From contig JBOEGD010000024.1 in assembly GCA_050633245.1 (NCBI GenBank), forward strand, positions 128,001 to 192,000: 64,000 bases of DNA, given 5' to 3'. Shown one piece after another: positions 59,267 through 64,000 of this stretch (positions are counted from its first letter, which is position 1; every line of letters starts with the position of its first letter). A program made the translations under genes and the position numbers. The notes under the pieces were generated by a model, which was not told the DNA's origin, did not search any database, and saw nothing but the letters and a program-made list of their open reading frames with translations. The DNA comes from Calditrichia bacterium (GTDB lineage: Bacteria; Calditrichota; Calditrichia; RBG-13-44-9; J075).

Positions 59267-59635
59267 ATGCCTGAAATCAAAAATCTACAGTTCATCGTCC
59301 CTGTATTCCCTTCCGCAGACATTGCGCGAGATCTTGCCTGGTATGAAAAGCACACTGGCTTCGTAAAGGTGTTTGGCGATACTATGTATGCCGGTCTGAA
59401 GCGCGACGGCCTGGAGCTGCACTTGCAGTGGCATGCCGATACCGAAGACGACCCCTTGCTTGGTGGTTCGGTCATACGTATTTTTGTGCAAGACATTCAG
59501 CCGCTATTCGACGAATTCGTGCAGCGCGGAACGGTTAGTAAAAACAAGTTGCGCATGAACACCGATTGGGGCACTCATGAATTTGGCTTTTATGATTTGA
59601 ATAAGAACGGAATTTTTATTGTGCAGGATGTTTAG
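59267..59635 (+). CDS. VOC/glyoxalase/bleomycin-resistance family protein
   Basis: VPVFPSADI, WYEKHTGF, TDWGTHEFGFYDLNKNGI. Confidence 0.88.
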   Translation: MPEIKNLQFIVPVFPSADIARDLAWYEKHTGFVKVFGDTMYAGLKRDGLELHLQWHADTEDDPLLGGSVIRIFVQDIQPLFDEFVQRGTVSKNKLRMNTDWGTHEFGFYDLNKNGIFIVQDV

Positions 59636-59643
59636 AATTTTAC

Positions 59644-59698
59644 TGCTGCTCCTGGGGCTGGTTACACACTAAGCCCCAGCGCGGCGACATGTTTATAG
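59644..59698. repeat. REP-like hairpin
   Basis: TGCTGCTCCTGGGGCT ... AGCCCCAGCGCGGCG imperfect stem followed by ACATGTTTATAG. Confidence 0.5.
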
Positions 59699-59829
59699 CA
59701 ATTCAAATTACTCAATCCCTCAAACATGTTAATTTCGGATTGACGAAAACGAGAATTCAATATGATCGAAAATCAGGTGATCCTCAGGCAACCAATAATC
59801 TATGTTCTGAAAGGAGCAGATACAGTGCT

Positions 59830-60516
59830 ATGAGAAATTTGATTTTTATCTTATTCTTGAGCGTATTAAGTATGACCTCCGCATACGCTCAGCTTGATAC
59901 TTTGCAGCAGAAGTTTGCGGATGCCCTCCAAGCTGGTAAGGTTGACTCTCTTGAAAAGCTTATCGATGAAGGCATCGACGTAAATGCCCCGTTCGTGTTT
60001 TTTGCCAATAGTAAAAATCGGGTTGAAGTTCATCCACTTCTTTTTGCTAAAACCGAGGATGTAGTCACTTTGCTCATACAGCACGGCATTAACGTCAATG
60101 CCCGGGATAACTCTGGAACGACTGCACTTCATGCTGCAGCATGGAACGGACGTATTAAAATTGCTGCCCTGTTGCTGAAAAATGGAGCAAAGCTGAACTT
60201 ACCTGGAAGTCATGGAAGAACCCCGTTGCACGTTGCCACTGTGCAGGGAGATATAAACATGATCCGGTTACTGGTAGAATTCGGGGCGGACTTGAATTCA
60301 AAATCGGACAATGGGATGACCATTCTTCATAGCGCTGTGATTGATAACAAATTGGAAATTGTCGAATTTGCCTTAAAACAGGGAGTTGATCCGATGATAG
60401 AAGATAAATATGGACATACTGCTTTGCAATGGGCACTGCAGATTTCAAGATCATACGACGAAGCCTTCCTAAAAATTATTTCACTACTCAAGAAGTATGA
60501 GAAGAATTATGGGTGA
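59830..60516 (+). CDS. Secreted ankyrin-repeat protein
   Basis: AAGGAG RBS; signal peptide; GTTALHAAA, GRTPLHVA, GMTILHSA, GHTALQWA. Confidence 0.92.
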   Translation: MRNLIFILFLSVLSMTSAYAQLDTLQQKFADALQAGKVDSLEKLIDEGIDVNAPFVFFANSKNRVEVHPLLFAKTEDVVTLLIQHGINVNARDNSGTTALHAAAWNGRIKIAALLLKNGAKLNLPGSHGRTPLHVATVQGDINMIRLLVEFGADLNSKSDNGMTILHSAVIDNKLEIVEFALKQGVDPMIEDKYGHTALQWALQISRSYDEAFLKIISLLKKYEKNYG

Positions 60517-60534
60517 ATGTGGTCTTGGTTTAAT

Positions 60535-60663
60535 GTGAAACATCAGCATCCGCCAAACCAAACCCAACGACTGGCAGGCCGTAAAGCCCTGCGGCAAAAA
60601 GCATTAGAAGACGCACCTTATGCATTTGCCGAATCCCGAGAAGCCGAATCCAACCAGCAATGA
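60535..60663 (+). pseudogene. Frameshifted, truncated GNAT acetyltransferase N-terminal remnant
   Basis: NISIRQTKPNDWQAVK / frameshift at GTAAAGCC (about 60583) / ALRQKALEDAPYAFAESREAESNQQ*. Confidence 0.6.
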
Positions 60664-60814
60664 AATACTTTTACAGCTGATAATTCAATAACCACAAAGC
60701 GAACGTAAGCACATTCCTCCATCTTCAACAAGCCCGACGTTACCTCCCATTACACGATCCAAACTAAAAAGCTCGCAAGTCTTGCGTTTTGGCAAATTGT
60801 TTTGTATTGTAGAG

Positions 60815-60833
60815 TACTTTGCGTTGCAAAGTA
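60815..60833. promoter_or_regulatory. Palindromic operator candidate
   Basis: TACTTTGC-GTT-GCAAAGTA perfect 8-bp inverted repeat 37 bp upstream of the radical SAM gene. Confidence 0.6.
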
Positions 60834-60870
60834 AGCTGAATCTTTAGTCTCACAATACCAGAAAGCGAGA

Positions 60871-62244
60871 GTGGAAATGAAAATCGACATCATCGTTGCC
60901 TATGTTCAACGCTACACCTTTGGTCATGAGAAACACTTTGTTCCACCCATTACCGGTGTCCATCTAGCCGCGCTGACTCCCAAAGAACATCAGGTCAGAG
61001 TCATTCACCAGCAGGTGGAACAACCGCCGGATGAAACGAATGCCGATCTTGTGGCAATCAGTTTTTTTAGTGGATTCGCTCCCGAAGCGTACCGATTGGC
61101 AAACCGTTATCGCGCTCAGGGAAAGACGGTGATTGGAGGCGGGCCTCACGTGACGTTTGCAGTTGAAGAATCGCTTCAGTATTTCGATTCGGTACTCACA
61201 GGAGAGGCGGAATCCGAGTGGAAAAATATGCTTCGCGATTTTCAGGACGGGAACTTGCGAAGGCTTTATGAAGGTACTCCAACAGAGCTCGAAACAATAC
61301 CGACACCCAGATACGATTTGCTGAACGATAATTTTTTCGTCAAGCGTGTGGTTCAAGCCACCAGAGGATGTCCATTTACTTGTTCATTTTGCACGGTGCC
61401 AACCCTTAACCCTGGATTTCGAATGCGACCCATAGAGAACATTGTGGAGGATATTAATTACAATCAGTTTCGCTACTGGTGGCAACGCAAGATTGTTTGG
61501 TTTTGGGATGACAATCTCACAATTAATCGAAAGTTTGCAAAAAAGCTCTTACGCGCAATGATTCCACTAAAGAAATGGTGGCTTACCCAGGCAAGTATGG
61601 ACATTGCCAAAGATCCCGAATTGCTTAGTCTGATGAAAGACTCCGGCTGCATTGGCATATTTTTTGGAATAGAGTCCTTCGGAAAGCAATCGTTGAAGGA
61701 GGCCAAAAAGCAGCAGAACCGGGCAGATCAGTATGCAGAAAAAATCGATGCCCTGCATCAAAAGGGAATTTGCGTAATGGCCGGCTTTATTTCCGGCTTC
61801 GATGGAGATTCTGTGTTGACCATAAAAGATATGGCGCGACGATTATATGAGGTTGGTGTAGACGTGCCGTTTCTCAGCATACTTACTCCGTTTCGCGGTA
61901 CCGTTGACTACCGGAGGATGGTAGAGGAAGATCGAATTTTGACTGAGAGAGGATGGGAGTTTTACAATGGTTATAATGTAGCGTTCAAGCCAAAACAGAT
62001 GTCCCCTACAGAACTAATAGACGCACATAGGGCCTTGTGGATGGAGGCATTTTCATTAAAATACAGCTTTCTGCGAGTTCTACGTAGCGCCAGGTATCTC
62101 CGGCTGGGTGCCTTTTTCATGTGTCTCTTTATGAACGGCTTTTATTGTCTGAAGCGGCTGCGAGGGAATTTACCATTATGTTTTGATGACAAAAATTTTT
62201 ATCCTGAAATTACCGAGCAGGTAATGGATGAAATGCATGTGTAG
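60871..62244 (+). CDS. B12-binding radical SAM protein
   Basis: LAALTP, GGPHVT, GEAE; [11 protein letters not shown] (CxxxCxxC); DDNL, GIES, GFDGD, LTPFRGT. Confidence 0.93.
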   Translation: MEMKIDIIVAYVQRYTFGHEKHFVPPITGVHLAALTPKEHQVRVIHQQVEQPPDETNADLVAISFFSGFAPEAYRLANRYRAQGKTVIGGGPHVTFAVEESLQYFDSVLTGEAESEWKNMLRDFQDGNLRRLYEGTPTELETIPTPRYDLLNDNFFVKRVVQATRGCPFTCSFCTVPTLNPGFRMRPIENIVEDINYNQFRYWWQRKIVWFWDDNLTINRKFAKKLLRAMIPLKKWWLTQASMDIAKDPELLSLMKDSGCIGIFFGIESFGKQSLKEAKKQQNRADQYAEKIDALHQKGICVMAGFISGFDGDSVLTIKDMARRLYEVGVDVPFLSILTPFRGTVDYRRMVEEDRILTERGWEFYNGYNVAFKPKQMSPTELIDAHRALWMEAFSLKYSFLRVLRSARYLRLGAFFMCLFMNGFYCLKRLRGNLPLCFDDKNFYPEITEQVMDEMHV

Positions 62245-62308
62245 CTGGCAAACTATCAAAATGAGTATTTACCCTACTTACCAAGACAGATCAAGTGTCG
62301 AGCTTTTC

Positions 62309-62339
62309 TGTTGCGCAATGCGCAACAACTTACTATCTT
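62309..62339 (+). promoter_or_regulatory. higBA promoter with overlapping operator palindrome
   Basis: TGTTGCGCA-A-TGCGCAACA (62309-62327) overlaps -35 TTGCGC; 17 bp to -10 TATCTT (62334-62339). Confidence 0.7.
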
Positions 62340-62346
62340 AACTTAC

Positions 62347-62625
62347 ATGATTAAGTCATTCAAGCATAAGGGACTGCAGAAGTTCTTCGAGACAGGGAAC
62401 GCTTCAGGAATTCAGGCTGGTCATAAAAAGAAGATTCGCATCAGACTTGCTGCGCTGGAAACTGCAACCGTGCTTCAGGATATTGATTTGCCGGGATTTC
62501 GTATGCACCTTTTAAAAGGGAATATGAAGGGGCTTTGGGCAATTGATGTCAGTAGAAATTGGCGCATCACGTTTGAATTTCGTGATGGAGATGTGTATAT
62601 CGTAAATTATGAGGACTACCATTAA
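62347..62625 (+). CDS. higB: HigB toxin (RelE/ParE family, plasmid maintenance killer type)
   Basis: MIKSFKHKGLQKFFETG...PGFRMHLLKG...WAIDVSRNWRITFEF...YEDYH. Confidence 0.93.
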   Translation: MIKSFKHKGLQKFFETGNASGIQAGHKKKIRIRLAALETATVLQDIDLPGFRMHLLKGNMKGLWAIDVSRNWRITFEFRDGDVYIVNYEDYH

Positions 62626-62918
62626 TGGGTATGTATAATCCACCCCATCCAGGTGAGTTTATTCGTGAAGTTTATCTTGAGCCGCTTGGAGTAAGCTACA
62701 GATCTGTTGCCAGAAAACTAAAAGTCGCACCATCGACCTTCAACCGGATTATCAAAGAACAGAGCAATATAAGTCCGGAAATGGCGCTACGGCTTTCCAA
62801 AACTTTGGGCAGAACGCCGGAAAGCTGGCTGCTGATGCAAAGTAACTACAATCTCTGGCACGCAAAACAGCACCTTAATCTCGATGCGGTTGAAAAGTTG
62901 GTCGTTGAGAGTGAATAA
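62625..62918 (+). CDS. higA: HigA antitoxin (XRE HTH)
   Basis: PPHPGEFIRE, ISPEMALRLSK, PESWLLMQ; TAATG overlap with the toxin gene. Confidence 0.93.
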   Translation: MGMYNPPHPGEFIREVYLEPLGVSYRSVARKLKVAPSTFNRIIKEQSNISPEMALRLSKTLGRTPESWLLMQSNYNLWHAKQHLNLDAVEKLVVESE

Positions 62919-63041
62919 TTATTCCTTCAAAGTCAGGTAATTGCACTCTCCTCTAATAAAGTATAGCGGAAACCGCACGTCTATATTATAGATGCGAATC
63001 ATATGTTAAGCATGTTTTCGATAATTATGCCTTGCGGCCTA

Positions 63042-63120
63042 CCCTTCGAAGAAGACTATCCTGAGCCTACCGAAGGGCTCAGGGAGCGGGCTTTTCCGTT
63101 CCCCGAGCGCAGCCGAGGGG
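63042..63120. repeat. REP-like element related to 23361-23489
   Basis: CCCTTCG...TATCCTGAGCCTACCGAAGGGCTCAG is similar to TATCCTGAGCAGCGTCGAAGGACTCAG at 23449-23475. Confidence 0.65.
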
Positions 63121-63240
63121 GAAGGTTACGAATCTTAGTTCCAAACCGAACCAGTTTTATTTAATTAGAACTAATTGAATAAACGATTTTGATAGAGAAG
63201 AATTTGTTTCCGTTTAATATCATGTTAGGGAGCATACGAT

Positions 63241-63570
63241 ATGAAGCCAGTATATGGTAAGGTTTTTAAAACAAGTAAAGGCGAAGAGTTTGGAGTAATT
63301 CGAGCGGTTTGTCGTCCATTTCCTGATGAGCTTTCAGATACAGAGATTATTGCTGAAGATGGGTGTGGCAATTACTTTTGTTTAATAAATGGAAAAGTTG
63401 TTTTTTGGGATCATGAAACTAGGGATGAGACTGTTCTTGCTAATTCCATTGAAGAATTTGTTGCAGGTTGCAGCAAGCCCGCAAATGTAGAGTTAAAGCC
63501 TGAGCAAATAATATCTTCATGGATTGATCCTGAATTTGCAAAGAAGTTGGATATTGATCCTAAGTCCTAG
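63241..63570 (+). CDS. SMI1/KNR4 (SUKH) family protein
   Basis: GGAG RBS; IAEDGCGNYFCL...VVFWDHET...LANSIEEF. Confidence 0.85.
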   Translation: MKPVYGKVFKTSKGEEFGVIRAVCRPFPDELSDTEIIAEDGCGNYFCLINGKVVFWDHETRDETVLANSIEEFVAGCSKPANVELKPEQIISSWIDPEFAKKLDIDPKS

Positions 63571-63751
63571 CCGCGGGAGTTTTCCAGGGCCCTCACTAAA
63601 CCTTTGTCGATACTGCGATAGGAATCTTCTCACAAAGACGCAAGGTTAATTTGCCGAGAGAAGCAGTGTTTGTCGCGTAAGACCGGTAGGAAAAGCCGGT
63701 CAACGATAGTTGCTGTGTTTCTACTAGTGTATATTTCAAAAAGTTTATCTC

Positions 63752-64000
63752 ATGCCGAAGGCTTTAGCTTTACTGTTTCCGTTATTGCTGTTAACTCAGC
63801 TGATATATGGACAGAAAACGCAAATAATTACAGCAAACGATTCCCTGCGTAATTTGAAAATACCCGCGCGGTCCTCAATCGCGCTTGAAGGTTCAGCCTT
63901 TGCAGCACAGGTGTGGGATTGGAATATTGAGGAAAGAGAAAAGGCGGTGGTGAAGGAAATTCTCTCTGGTAACGTGCCTTCTTTTTCACGAAAGCTAAAA
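63752..64000 (+). CDS. 3'-truncated exported protein (not in the ORF track)
   Basis: ATG 63752, open to the window end: MPKALALLFPLLLLTQLIYGQ...KIPARSSIALEGSAF...EREKAVVKEILSGNVPSFSRKLK. Confidence 0.75.
   Translation, partial: MPKALALLFPLLLLTQLIYGQKTQIITANDSLRNLKIPARSSIALEGSAFAAQVWDWNIEEREKAVVKEILSGNVPSFSRKLK

Noticed and set aside
59636-63700. Integron cassette array
   Set aside because: No integrase in the window, and the intergenic hairpins lack recognisable paired RYYYAAC/GTTRRRY attC ends.
63670-63852. 60-aa ORF from the track
   Set aside because: It overlaps a better ORF (ATG 63752, signal peptide) that runs off the window end.

Overview
Gene-dense bacterial chromosomal window, probably from an FCB-related lineage such as Calditrichota, KSB1 or Ignavibacteria. 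This is inferred from six secreted proteins ending in a YPNPFNP/FlgD-Ig (T9SS-CTD-like) domain, a PorV/PorQ-like gene and a GWxTD gene. Contents: a TonB receptor / large CTD protein / PorV-like / GWxTD cluster; prc, tyrA-like and era housekeeping genes; two ECF sigma loci; a Ser/Thr kinase; a split two-component system; a block of secreted beta-propeller proteins; and a variable right end (radical SAM, HigBA, SMI1/KNR4). Top finding: the ORF track truncates a gene at 52285-53073 that reads through an in-frame TGA in a U-x-x-C thioredoxin motif followed by a SECIS-like hairpin. It is a candidate secreted selenoprotein redoxin carrying a C-terminal sorting domain. Second finding: three secreted CTD genes share an upstream box lying exactly 39 bp before a TAnnTTT element, suggesting a regulon. 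Several palindromic or tandem repeat families and a possible switchable 5' leader were also seen. No rRNA, tRNA, CRISPR array or transposase was recognised. All family assignments are from motif recognition by eye, not database searches.
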